Assembly (NCBI GenBank): GCA_038259985.1
Contig: JBBSOG010000001.1
Location: 1 to 50,734, forward strand
Direction of reading: 5' to 3'
Source: Cytophagales bacterium
GTDB lineage: Bacteria; Bacteroidota; Bacteroidia; Cytophagales; Cyclobacteriaceae
DNA: 50,734 bases
Positions within the stretch are counted from its first letter, which is position 1, and each line of letters opens with the position of its first letter. The position numbers and the translations under genes were made by a program. The notes under the pieces are model-generated. The model was not told where the DNA came from. It made no database searches and saw only the letters and a list, made by a program, of their open reading frames with translations. Of this stretch, positions 1 to 9,697 are shown in pieces.

Positions 1-628
1 AAATGAGCTTTCGCTGGGCTGCTGTTTTAACTAACTCAGCAGTATTCTGTACTTTCAGCTTTTTCATCATATTAACCCGATGTGTTTCCACCGTCCGTGT
101 ACTTACAAACAGTTCGTCCGCTATTTCTTTAGTAGTTTTGCCTTCAGCGACCAGATGGAGTACTTCCATTTCGCGTTTAGAAAGTTTCTTATGGTGTTCA
201 CCTTCCTGCGACATATTGCCAATCATCAGCCGGGATATTTCTTCGTTGAAATATTTCTTTCCAGAAAATACAGTGTGGATAGCTTCCAGTAATTTTTTCT
301 CGTCGGTGTTCTTTAGCAAATATCCATAAGCACCATTCCTTACGGCCTTAACTACATACTGGCCTTCGGCATGCATGGTCAATACAATAAATTTTATAAG
401 GGGAAAATCTTCCCTGGCTCTACGAATAGCCTCCAACCCATCCATACTTTGCATAGAGATATCCACAAGTACTACATGAGGGTGCTTACTTTTCAGGAAG
501 TGTAGTAATTCTTCTGAGGATGAAGCTTCACCAATCACCTGCAGGGCATCATCTTTACTAAGCAAAGAGATAATACCCTCCCGGAATAGCTGATGATCAT
601 CAGCGACCATAATTTTTATAAATGTCAT
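1..628 (-). CDS. NarL/FixJ-family response regulator (REC + LuxR HTH); stop codon lies just beyond the window edge
   Basis: Translated by hand from ATG at 628: MTFIKIMVADDHQLFREG...VLVDISM...LSKREMEVLHLVAEGKTTKEIADELFVSTRTVETHR. Missing from the ORF track because it runs off the window. Lies downstream of the cognate kinase. Confidence 0.92.
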   Translation of the reverse strand, partial: MTFIKIMVADDHQLFREGIISLLSKDDALQVIGEASSSEELLHFLKSKHPHVVLVDISMQSMDGLEAIRRAREDFPLIKFIVLTMHAEGQYVVKAVRNGAYGYLLKNTDEKKLLEAIHTVFSGKKYFNEEISRLMIGNMSQEGEHHKKLSKREMEVLHLVAEGKTTKEIADELFVSTRTVETHRVNMMKKLKVQNTAELVKTAAQRKLI

Positions 629-756
629 GTTAATACCTGTGCTTTTATTTAACAAACCCTTAAATAGCGTATGGACTGGCTTAAAATGCTAAATATGAAG
701 TGCTTTACGCTATAATCTAAATGCAAAAAAAAACCATACTACTTATACACAATCAT

Positions 757-2490
757 TTATAAGGGTATTTCAACTTCTATGCGTGTACCTTCATGATCAG
801 AATGAATAGTCATCGTGCCATCTACAAGTTTAACACGCTCGCGCATGTTTCTCAATCCATTACCTGAAAATACATCACGCTGATCAAACCCTGAACCATT
901 ATCGGCAATAAATAAGCTCACATGTTCTTCAAATTCTGTCAGGGACAGTCGGATTTCACTCGCATTGGCGTGCTTTATGGCATTGTTGAGGACTTCCTGG
1001 GCGATTCTGTACAGAGTTATATTGATTTCCTTAGAAATGCGTGGGCTTTCCTGGGTATCTTTACTATAGCGGATTCGCAATGAAGTGCTAAGCCTCAACT
1101 GCTCAGCTAAATTTTCAATAGCCTCAGCAGCACCAAAATCCTGTAATACACTGGGCATCAAATTGTTAGCCATTTGGCGGGTTTCTTTGATTGTTTCATC
1201 CAATATTTTAAGCAAATGTTTTTTATGAGTATTTTCTAGCGTCAATGCTTGGATTTTTAACTTCAAACTGGTGAGCATCGGGCCTAATCCGTCATGAATT
1301 TCTTTAGATAGCCTGGCACGTTCTTTCTCCTCGCCATCAATCATAGACTGTTGATTTTCCCTTACATGATTAGCTTCCCTCTTTTGATATTCTTTTAGCT
1401 TATTTTTCATTTGCAAAAGAGCCTCCCCTAGCTTGTCGTCTTCACTTAGCAAATGATATTGTGCTTGAAAATCGCCTTCACCTATTTTGCCGGCAAATTC
1501 AATGGTTTTTCTCATGGTTTCATTGAGCTTATCCAAAGCCCGGAACATCGCCCCGATTTCATCCTTTCTGCTATGGTCATGCAGTGGGTCAAGTAGTAAG
1601 CCCTTGGCCATACTATGAAGTCCTAGCTCCATGTTAAGTACCGGCTTGACCAACAGACGTGCTAGTTGGTAAGAAATAATCAGTACAAAAAACAACATGA
1701 TTAAGAGCATGGCATAAAAATTTTTTCTGAGGCTCTGGAGTGGAAAAAGAGCTTCCTGATAATCAATCTCAGAAAGAATGACCCATATTAAGCCATTAAA
1801 AGAAATTTTTTCAAATGAACTGAAAACGGGTACATCACGGTAGTCCGAAATGATTTCTTCACCTGGCTGATTGGCTATTGCCCTCAGTACCCCTTGGGAT
1901 TTAACCTGGATATCTAGGGGGTTTCGTTTCGGGAAGAAACGGGAAAGGGTACGCATCTTGAAATCTTCCCCTACCAGATAAGATTCCCCTGTTTGTCCTA
2001 ATCCGGCTCTTTCCAACAGAACGGACTGTATTTTGGGGAGGGTAGCTATGCCAATGAGGTATTGCATAGAGTCGCGAGTAATGAAAGCGAGCGTAATTTT
2101 AGCACTTTTGTGCTGAGGGGTCAGGTCGCGAATGATTACTTCACCGGGAGCTAATGTGTCAGGAATAGCCAGAGTGTAGTGGGCAATAGCGAATGTATCT
2201 TGTGATTGGGAAAAAAACAACTTGTCAAAAAGTGGTTGGTTAAGTTGATCCAATAGGGGGGCATCTGATTGGATGATTAAACTTTTGATTGCTTCTATCC
2301 TATTGTTAAGCTCATTCTCAATTTGTGCCACTTTTAGTTTTTTGACTGATGATAACTGAAGCAAAACCCTCTCCTTCAATGCGGATTCAAATTGAAAATA
2401 GAACAGCGCACTAAAAATTCCGATGACAAGACATGATAAGCCAATCATCACCAGCGCAAGTTTATTTTTAATCTTCACATGCCTGAACAT
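757..2490 (-). CDS. Membrane sensor histidine kinase, NarX-like (periplasmic Cache-like domain, HAMP, HisKA_3, HATPase)
   Basis: Two TM segments, ERARLSKEIHDGLG (HisKA_3 H-box), YRIAQEVLNNAIKHA (N-box), DNGSGF and GNGLRNMRER (G-boxes). Confidence 0.92.
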   Translation of the reverse strand: MFRHVKIKNKLALVMIGLSCLVIGIFSALFYFQFESALKERVLLQLSSVKKLKVAQIENELNNRIEAIKSLIIQSDAPLLDQLNQPLFDKLFFSQSQDTFAIAHYTLAIPDTLAPGEVIIRDLTPQHKSAKITLAFITRDSMQYLIGIATLPKIQSVLLERAGLGQTGESYLVGEDFKMRTLSRFFPKRNPLDIQVKSQGVLRAIANQPGEEIISDYRDVPVFSSFEKISFNGLIWVILSEIDYQEALFPLQSLRKNFYAMLLIMLFFVLIISYQLARLLVKPVLNMELGLHSMAKGLLLDPLHDHSRKDEIGAMFRALDKLNETMRKTIEFAGKIGEGDFQAQYHLLSEDDKLGEALLQMKNKLKEYQKREANHVRENQQSMIDGEEKERARLSKEIHDGLGPMLTSLKLKIQALTLENTHKKHLLKILDETIKETRQMANNLMPSVLQDFGAAEAIENLAEQLRLSTSLRIRYSKDTQESPRISKEINITLYRIAQEVLNNAIKHANASEIRLSLTEFEEHVSLFIADNGSGFDQRDVFSGNGLRNMRERVKLVDGTMTIHSDHEGTRIEVEIPL

Positions 2491-2754
2491 GGCTTATGTT
2501 TAAGTAAAATAGACGCCCCAAGAAAATCAGTACAAGATATTAAGGTTAATCTAAAGATAGCTTATGAAATAATTTTTCTGTTGAGTATTTGTTACTTCAC
2601 AATTGATTTTTTGGCCCTTTCTGCTGTCTTTTGTTAGAAAAATAATTAGCCCTCTCAAATCCTCATGATCGCCTTATGCGTATTTATTGTAGCTTTTTTG
2701 TTATTTTAATTAAAAAAAATATTAAAATAGTTTAATTTTTAGTTTTTCTTACAT

Positions 2755-2762
2755 TATATTTG
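2755..2762 (+). promoter_or_regulatory. Bacteroidota housekeeping -7 promoter box (TAnnTTTG)
   Basis: TATATTTG about 33 bp upstream of the ATG at 2796, in an AT-rich intergenic region. Confidence 0.55.
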
Positions 2763-2795
2763 TGAAAGCTTTTCTTAACAAAAGCATATATAGAA

Positions 2796-3806
2796 ATGAG
2801 AAATCTATTTGGAAAGTACAGAAAGAAAGATCCCCAAACTGCGTTGGCAGATATTCGGCCAAGAGGTATACACCATACTGTAAAGCCCGATAATTCTTAT
2901 AATGAAACATGGAACCATATTTGGGAAGAGATTAAAAGTATAGGAATATCCGCCCATGAAAAGAGAGATTTTGTGAGCCAAGAAATTTACAGTTATGTTG
3001 ACAAAACGCCTATAGTCCAGGCGTCATCAGAAAATGCCAATTCTGAGATAGTTCAACACTGTAATGTTGTTAGCTTAGCAAAAGCTTCTCTCATGCCTTT
3101 TAGTGCAATGCCAAAATCAAGGGAGAATCAGCAGTATGAGCAAACAGGGATTTTGTCAGCAATTGCTGAAGCGGAAGCAGTCACACTTCAAATAGCTTTG
3201 ACCAGTGAGGAGAAAAATACTGAAAAAGTAATCATATTGGCTTATCATGATGTGTTTTACGAATGTGAGGCTAGTGCCAATTCTTTTCCTGAAGAATTCA
3301 ATGCGAGTAATCTTTATTTAGATAGTGAATATTTCATAACGCCTTCTCATCAAACTCAAGCTGATGCGGCTTCATCTAGGGAAAAATTGCCTATGACTGG
3401 ACATTTCTACAAAAGTAGTAGCCATGATAAGCTTGAAAGCACATACTGGCAGGAAAATTATAATGAGCAAGGTGATGAATTTCCGTTAAAGCAGGATTCA
3501 CCCGTAGAATGGCAAAAAGAAGAGCCTATAAAAGAACAACCTTTAGCTGTAACCCAAAAAGATATCCCCTCGGATAAAGAAGCAATAAGCAAAGAGAAAC
3601 ATAAAGATTGGAGGAAACCAATCCTTGTTGAGAATACCTACCCGATGCACCGGGATAGGCTACAATTAAGAAAACATTCAGCATGTGATTTGTCTACGCT
3701 TAATGTTGGCCCTGGTACAGCAGATGGAATGACATACGAACAGTTTCAGCAAGCGTTGAAAATTCCGAGGATAAAAAAGCGTGAGAGTATCTGTCTGTCA
3801 GTATGA
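2796..3806 (+). CDS. Hypothetical protein, acidic and probably largely disordered
   Basis: 336-aa ORF with a -7 box upstream; rich in E/S/Q/K; no recognisable domain. Confidence 0.65.
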   Translation: MRNLFGKYRKKDPQTALADIRPRGIHHTVKPDNSYNETWNHIWEEIKSIGISAHEKRDFVSQEIYSYVDKTPIVQASSENANSEIVQHCNVVSLAKASLMPFSAMPKSRENQQYEQTGILSAIAEAEAVTLQIALTSEEKNTEKVIILAYHDVFYECEASANSFPEEFNASNLYLDSEYFITPSHQTQADAASSREKLPMTGHFYKSSSHDKLESTYWQENYNEQGDEFPLKQDSPVEWQKEEPIKEQPLAVTQKDIPSDKEAISKEKHKDWRKPILVENTYPMHRDRLQLRKHSACDLSTLNVGPGTADGMTYEQFQQALKIPRIKKRESICLSV

Positions 3807-4032
3807 CACTAGGTAAAACTGTTTTGATAAGATTTTAGCGATAGAATTTAGGGTTAATTATTCACTTCTGTAGCTAAATCATATATGAAATTAATGTTGG
3901 ATTTTAGTGTTAAATTTATAAATATCATTGGTTGGAACTGAATATTTGCGAATGTGCCAAATATTCAGTAAAATCCTAAGATAATTTTTTCATTATATAA
4001 ATTTTCTTTTTTTACGTTTAAACATTAAAGTC

Positions 4033-4488
4033 ATGAATTTTACCGGTAAAAAAGTAGAGAAACCCAAAGCCAACGGTATGAGTTTTCCTACCGTAGAGAA
4101 ATTTATGGCTTCTGATGAAGTCACGCTTTCCCCCGAACAAACCATTGACGAGGCAATCAACATCATATTAGACCATAAGCTTACGGGCGCCCCGGTGTTG
4201 GATAAAGACCGGGCTATTGTTGGTATGCTCACTGAAAAAGACTGTCTTCGTTTGATCGTAGATAGTGCCTACAATAACTTACCTCATCATGATAAAACTG
4301 TAGCTGACTATATGTCAGTGATGGTAAAAACCGTGACCCTCGACCACGACATCCTGGATGTAGCCAACGAATTTCTGACTACAAACTTCCGAAAATTTCC
4401 GGTGGTACATGACGGAAAACTGGTAGGCCAGGTAAGTCGCCGCGATATTCTCAGGGCGATGCGGGAAACTAAAATTACTACCTGGTAG
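4033..4488 (+). CDS. CBS-domain (Bateman) protein
   Basis: Two CBS repeats: GAPVLD...IVGMLTEKD and FPVVHDGKLVGQVSRRDIL. Confidence 0.92.
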   Translation: MNFTGKKVEKPKANGMSFPTVEKFMASDEVTLSPEQTIDEAINIILDHKLTGAPVLDKDRAIVGMLTEKDCLRLIVDSAYNNLPHHDKTVADYMSVMVKTVTLDHDILDVANEFLTTNFRKFPVVHDGKLVGQVSRRDILRAMRETKITTW

Positions 4489-4604
4489 CGATAATTTTTA
4501 TCCAGATACGCTATTCGCTTTAGCCCTTTACCCTTAATGATTTTTGAGGTTGTTTTACATGCATGCTAATGAATCATTAGCTTATGCATCACTGAAGATA
4601 AAGT

Positions 4605-4650
4605 AAAAAAAATAGCCCCATTCATATCTACATGACTGGGGCTAAATTTT
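4605..4650. terminator. Intrinsic terminator between the convergent CBS gene and dnaK, possibly bidirectional
   Basis: Stem TAGCCCCA (4613-4620) / TGGGGCTA (4637-4644), with an A-tract on the left and a T-tract on the right. Confidence 0.7.
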
Positions 4651-4708
4651 ATGTCTATAATCTAAGCCCGTAAAGGTGAACTTAAATTATGTAAAAGATA
4701 GCAGATAT

Positions 4709-6640
4709 TTACTGCTTGTCTTTGTCATCCACTTCTTCATATTCTACATCAGAAACATCGCTGTCTGAAGCATTTGCGCTAGTATCCTGGGCATCATCCG
4801 CTCCGGGTGCAGCGCCACCTGCCTGATCAGCACCAGCAGCCTGGTACATCTCTTGGGAAGCGTTCTGCCAAGCTTCGTTCAGCTTATTCATGGCAGCGTC
4901 CACTGCTTCCAAATCCTGCTTGCTATGTGCTTCTTTAAGCTCAGCCAAAGCCGCTTCAATAGGCTTTTTGTTGCCCTCAGAAAGCTTGTCACCGTACTCT
5001 TTCAACTGCTTTTCAGTTTGGAAAATCAAAGAGTCAGCCGCGTTGATCTTTTCAACTTTCTCTTTTTCCAACTTATCAGACTCGGCATTGGCTTCAGCTT
5101 CCTTACGCATTTTCTCTATATCTTCATCGGTAAGACCGGAAGAAGCTTCAATTCTGATTTTCTGTTCTTTACCGGTGCCTTTGTCCTTAGCAGATACATT
5201 CAGAATACCGTTAGCATCTATATCAAAGGTTACTTCAATCTGGGGTACACCTCGTGGTGCTGGTGGAATGCCGTCCAGGTGGAACCTACCGATCGTACGG
5301 TTTTGGGTAGCCATCGGACGCTCTCCTTGCAACACATGAATCTCTACCGAAGGTTGATTATCCGATGCTGTAGAGAACACCTCTGATTTCTTGCTAGGGA
5401 TCGTCGTATTGGATTCAATCAACTTAGTTGATACGCCACCCATAGTTTCAATACCTAATGACAAAGGCGTTACGTCCAATAAAAGCACATCCTTCACATC
5501 ACCGGAGAAAACACCACCTTGAATGGCGGCACCTACCGCAACTACTTCGTCAGGATTAACCCCTTTGGAAGGTTTCTTACCGAAGAATTTTTCTACTTCC
5601 TCCTGTATTTTAGGCACGCGGGTAGACCCTCCTACCAGGATCACTTCGTTGATTTCAGAAGGAGACATCCCTGCATCTTCAAGTGCTTTTTTGCAAGGCT
5701 CCATCGTTCTGCGTACCAAGTCATCAATTAATTGCTCAAACTTGGCGCGGCTCAATGTCCTTACCAAGTGCTTGGGAATACCATCTACTGGCATAATATA
5801 GGGCAAATTGATCTCAGTACTGGTAGCACTGGAAAGCTCAATCTTGGCTTTCTCAGCGGCTTCTTTCAGACGCTGTAGTGCCATAGGGTCTTTTCTCAGA
5901 TCTATACCTTCGTCTTTCTTAAATTCTTCTGCCAGCCAGTCAATGATTTTTGAGTCAAAATCATCACCACCCAGGTGAACATCACCATTGGTAGACTTTA
6001 CTTCAAATACACCATCTCCTAGTTCAAGGACAGAAACGTCAAAAGTACCCCCACCCAAGTCATAGACAGCGATAGTCATGTCTTGATTTTTCTTGTCCAG
6101 GCCATAAGCCAGGGCAGCAGCAGTAGGCTCATTGATAATCCTTTTTACATTTAAGCCAGCAATTTGTCCGGCTTCTTTGGTAGCCTGACGTTCAGCATCG
6201 TTAAAATAAGCAGGCACAGTCACTACTGCTTCGGTAATTGTGGTTCCCAAATAATCTTCAGCGGTGGATTTCATCTTTTGCAAAATCATTGCTGATAATT
6301 CCTGAGGGGTATATAAGCGATCGCCAATCTTTACGCGAACAGTATCATTACTTCCCTTTTCTAACTGGTAAGAAACATTTTTCATCTCCGAAGTGACTTC
6401 AGAAAATTTCTTACCCATAAATCTCTTCACAGAGCTAATGGTATGCTGAGGGTTGGTAATTGCCTGACGTTTGGCCGGGCTACCTACTTTACGCTCACCA
6501 TTACCATTATCTAAAAACGCGACAACCGATGGGGTTGTCCTTCCGCCTTCGCTGTTGGGGATCACTACAGGTTCGTTACCTTCCATGACAGCGACGCAGG
6601 AGTTTGTTGTTCCTAAGTCTATTCCTATAACTTTTCCCAT
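4709..6640 (-). CDS. dnaK: Molecular chaperone DnaK (Hsp70)
   Basis: [25 protein letters not shown] and LVGGSTR motifs; full length (643 aa). Confidence 0.99.
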   Translation of the reverse strand: MGKVIGIDLGTTNSCVAVMEGNEPVVIPNSEGGRTTPSVVAFLDNGNGERKVGSPAKRQAITNPQHTISSVKRFMGKKFSEVTSEMKNVSYQLEKGSNDTVRVKIGDRLYTPQELSAMILQKMKSTAEDYLGTTITEAVVTVPAYFNDAERQATKEAGQIAGLNVKRIINEPTAAALAYGLDKKNQDMTIAVYDLGGGTFDVSVLELGDGVFEVKSTNGDVHLGGDDFDSKIIDWLAEEFKKDEGIDLRKDPMALQRLKEAAEKAKIELSSATSTEINLPYIMPVDGIPKHLVRTLSRAKFEQLIDDLVRRTMEPCKKALEDAGMSPSEINEVILVGGSTRVPKIQEEVEKFFGKKPSKGVNPDEVVAVGAAIQGGVFSGDVKDVLLLDVTPLSLGIETMGGVSTKLIESNTTIPSKKSEVFSTASDNQPSVEIHVLQGERPMATQNRTIGRFHLDGIPPAPRGVPQIEVTFDIDANGILNVSAKDKGTGKEQKIRIEASSGLTDEDIEKMRKEAEANAESDKLEKEKVEKINAADSLIFQTEKQLKEYGDKLSEGNKKPIEAALAELKEAHSKQDLEAVDAAMNKLNEAWQNASQEMYQAAGADQAGGAAPGADDAQDTSANASDSDVSDVEYEEVDDKDKQ

Positions 6641-6688
6641 AATATCTTAATTGATTCGGTTTTGTTGATCTTAATTTTCTTTGTAATC

Positions 6689-6705
6689 ATCAATGCTTAT
6701 GCCAA
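6689..6705 (-). promoter_or_regulatory. Putative sigma54-type -24/-12 promoter of dnaK
   Basis: Minus strand reads TTGGCATAAGCATTGAT, i.e. GG-N10-GA against the consensus TGGCAC-N5-TTGC, about 50 bp upstream of the start codon. Confidence 0.5.
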
Positions 6706-7124
6706 CCCCCCTAGTAGTGACAGATTGACAGGTTAGTGCGTGTATCGGTTAAGTAGGGTGACGCTTCTAGCTATTAAGCATTAAATGTGTCAATTTTTTT
6801 GGTCAAAAACTGTCAATAGTGCTTTGATGATTGGCAGTATTAGGAGTGTATGCTGGTGTTCTAGCTAAGCCACGACACTTACCAAAAGACTATGTGCAGA
6901 TAACGTGCAATATGCAGGTGTAGGAATTGATAAAGATAATTATCAAAACCCAAACTTATCCCGCGCTCAACTTTATGCTTAGCAATAGCGTTTGAAAACC
7001 ATTTGCAAGCATACTTTGAATGCTTTTTCCCCTTAATTTGCATTATTTTTACTTTTTCATCGTTAGATGCATTATTATTGATGGATTGAATGCGAAATGT
7101 TTGATGTGTTAAGATATCAGCGCC

Positions 7125-7877
7125 ATGAAATATAGATTACTCTTTATTTTTTCTATTTTATTTAGTCCTCTGGGTTTGTTAGCGCAACAAGAAGAGGATC
7201 AAACCATCAAACTGTCAGGGACAATTGTAGATGAAGAAGATCAGCGGATTCCCTTTGTCACCATTTCTATCGGGAATAGTGGGAAAGGGGTAGTCAGTGA
7301 TGAAGACGGTTTTTTCTTCATCCGCTTTTCCAAACAGGATTCTCTCATGCTTTCTACCGTGGCACATGAGTCCCAGTATCTTTATTTTGGCGACACCGCG
7401 ACCACTGACAATTATGACCTCAAAATCAGGCTCAGCGAACAAACTTATGCCCTGGAGAATGTGACTATTTTTGCTTTTAAGGATGAGTATGCCTTTAAGA
7501 AAGCAATACTAGCTATGGATGACTTGCCTGATCCAGAAGAAGAAAAAGTCATCATTCCCGGTTCTTACAATGGGCCACGCAGGGAAGTAAAAGCATCACC
7601 ACTCAATCCTGTTTCCTTCATTGCTGAAAAAATAAACAGAAGGGCAAGATATGAGCGAGAGGCAAGGGAAAAAATCGCCGCTGCCAAGCATGGCAACGCC
7701 GTAGCGCAAAAATATAAGCAGGAATTGGTAGAAAAAGTGACCGGATTAAAAGAAGAGAAGCTGGAGGAATTTATGATGTATTGCCGAATGAAGGAAATAT
7801 TTGTGGAACAGCCCAATGAATATCAGGTCATTTTGGCTATCAACCAGTGTTATTCGGATTTTGTCAAGTATCAATGA
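7125..7877 (+). CDS. Secreted protein with a carboxypeptidase-regulatory-like (CarbopepD_reg_2) N-terminal domain
   Basis: Signal peptide, then LSGTIVD...IPFVTISI...GVVSDEDGFF...LENVTI, typical of this Bacteroidota family. Confidence 0.8.
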   Translation: MKYRLLFIFSILFSPLGLLAQQEEDQTIKLSGTIVDEEDQRIPFVTISIGNSGKGVVSDEDGFFFIRFSKQDSLMLSTVAHESQYLYFGDTATTDNYDLKIRLSEQTYALENVTIFAFKDEYAFKKAILAMDDLPDPEEEKVIIPGSYNGPRREVKASPLNPVSFIAEKINRRARYEREAREKIAAAKHGNAVAQKYKQELVEKVTGLKEEKLEEFMMYCRMKEIFVEQPNEYQVILAINQCYSDFVKYQ

Positions 7878-7917
7878 GTTACAAAACCTTCTTACTACGA
7901 ACTAGCCTTGCTACAGC

Positions 7918-7953
7918 AAAAAAAGGAAAAACAGTTAACCTGTTTTCCCTTTT
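7918..7953. terminator. Bidirectional intrinsic terminator
   Basis: AAAAGGAAAAACAG-TTAAC-CTGTTTTCCCTTTT between convergent genes. Confidence 0.7.
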
Positions 7954-7977
7954 GATTCATATTGAAAAAACTCTTTG

Positions 7978-9069
7978 TTATTCCTCTTCGGAAAGATAAA
8001 CTGCTGAAGCACCCTCGTAAGCAATGGTTTTGAAAGGTTTCACATTGCAATATTCGCTACCATTTGGATAGTTGAAAACTAGAATCTGCCCCCCTCCGTT
8101 GGCACGCTCGGCTACATAAAGCATTTTATCAGCACTTATTGCCACATCGACTGGGTTGCCTAGCATGGTCTTATCACCACGAAAATGTAGATGCTCATCT
8201 TTAGAAATAGTGCCTTCATCATCAGTATCCATCAGCACTTTGCTAAACTCAGGGATTATGTAGAGCCCCCCGTCTGAATCACTGCCTGCATCTCCTATGT
8301 CAGTCATCACCATAATGTCCTGGCTGGCATCATAATTTAGTCCGTGGGTCCTAACGAGTTCTTCAATAGCTACGCTTTTAGTAGGCTGAATGTCACCTTC
8401 GGGATTACTTAAAAAACCCTCAAATACTGCTAACATATTGGTGACGTCTTTGACCGCATAGAGCGTACCATCAACTAATTGGATACCCCAGAGGTTGAAG
8501 TGTACGTTATAAATTTTATCCAGCGTAATTGTACCATCACCAAGGGTATAGACGATCAAACGGTTCATCTCATCTACGTCTTCGGCAACGATCAATTTGT
8601 CACCACTTACCGTAATTTCACGACCGTTGGTAAAGTCAGATGTGCTACTGAAAGCAGGGCTTACGTCCTCTCCGCCTTTTGTCCAGGATGCATCAGTATA
8701 AGCGTTGACCTGGCTTTGGGTACGAGAGAGTTGATAAACAATGTCTTTGTTTGCATCATAATAAATACCATCCGCGTCCATGTTTCCGGTCATGGCAGTT
8801 GTTGTGCGGATTTTATTTAAATCATTCACGTCAAAAATGGTAAAGTTGCCCCCGGTATTGGTAGAAGCAAAGAGCCAGCTACCATTCATGTCACCATCCA
8901 TGTCTTTTTCGTCACCATCATCCATGTCTTCATTGTCTTCTATGTTGCCTTTGATGTCTTCAAAAATATCATAGCCCTCCTTACAGCCGGTAAAACAAAA
9001 GGTAGAAAAAGCAAGGGAGAAAAGGGCGACAAATCGCAGTGGGGATAAGGTTGATGTAAAGTGTTTCAT
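7978..9069 (-). CDS. Hypothetical lipoprotein, probable beta-propeller
   Basis: Lipobox-like FTGC, an acidic linker, and repeated blade-like motifs (DGIYYD, THGLNYD, NPVDVA). Confidence 0.7.
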   Translation of the reverse strand: MKHFTSTLSPLRFVALFSLAFSTFCFTGCKEGYDIFEDIKGNIEDNEDMDDGDEKDMDGDMNGSWLFASTNTGGNFTIFDVNDLNKIRTTTAMTGNMDADGIYYDANKDIVYQLSRTQSQVNAYTDASWTKGGEDVSPAFSSTSDFTNGREITVSGDKLIVAEDVDEMNRLIVYTLGDGTITLDKIYNVHFNLWGIQLVDGTLYAVKDVTNMLAVFEGFLSNPEGDIQPTKSVAIEELVRTHGLNYDASQDIMVMTDIGDAGSDSDGGLYIIPEFSKVLMDTDDEGTISKDEHLHFRGDKTMLGNPVDVAISADKMLYVAERANGGGQILVFNYPNGSEYCNVKPFKTIAYEGASAVYLSEEE

Positions 9070-9176
9070 AGTTAATCGTGGTTATGTAGTAAAAAAATAA
9101 CTTTATTTAACTACGCACTAAGTGATAGGAATGGATTGCCTACGAATAAAATTGATAGTTTTTTTAAGGATTAAGC

Positions 9177-9686
9177 TCACCACTTGCCGGCATAGTCCAG
9201 CGGGTGCTGACTGCTCTCTTGTAGATGTCTATAATTGATTCTGTCAACCTGGCGGATATGCAGGTAATCATGGGCCAGCCAGTTGGCAAGAAAACATTCA
9301 GCAGTGACTTTGCCTAATTTAGGGTGTTTGTATGCATTCATCCAGGCAGGGTTCTCCAGCGATTGCAGCCATATAATAGATTTATCCCGCTCGTCTAAAA
9401 ATTCATATAGCTTTTCTTCATAATTTTGTTCCACATATTTTCTTTCCGTTACCCAGGCTACCTGGTCAAAAGCAGGGGGCGGGGTATTTGGGTGCTCAAA
9501 AAGATGACGTATCCTGCTTTTGAAGTCCTCTCTCTCTTCATCTAGCAGATGACAGACAATTTCCAGTACGCACCATTGCTCTTTAGACGGTTTCCACAAG
9601 TAGGTAGCCTTGGGCTTTTTGCTGAGTAGTTTTTCAAAAACCAGCCGGTTTCTAGCTAGTTCGGAAATGATGGCTGAATGATCCAT
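9177..9686 (-). CDS. DinB/DinB_2 family protein
   Basis: WCVLEIVCHLLDEE and WLAHDYLHIRQ (His triad). Confidence 0.88.
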   Translation of the reverse strand: MDHSAIISELARNRLVFEKLLSKKPKATYLWKPSKEQWCVLEIVCHLLDEEREDFKSRIRHLFEHPNTPPPAFDQVAWVTERKYVEQNYEEKLYEFLDERDKSIIWLQSLENPAWMNAYKHPKLGKVTAECFLANWLAHDYLHIRQVDRINYRHLQESSQHPLDYAGKW

Positions 9687-9697
9687 GGTTAGGTTTA

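Noticed and set aside
3-329. Plus-strand ORFs 3-329 and 80-292
   Set aside because: Antisense shadows of the minus-strand LuxR-type response regulator.
4853-5801. Several plus-strand ORFs inside dnaK, and similar antisense ORFs within other long genes
   Set aside because: They lie opposite a highly conserved gene, have no recognisable motifs, and are expected shadow frames.
4709-6640. dnaK without neighbouring dnaJ/grpE
   Set aside because: This is a common arrangement in Bacteroidota and not unusual.
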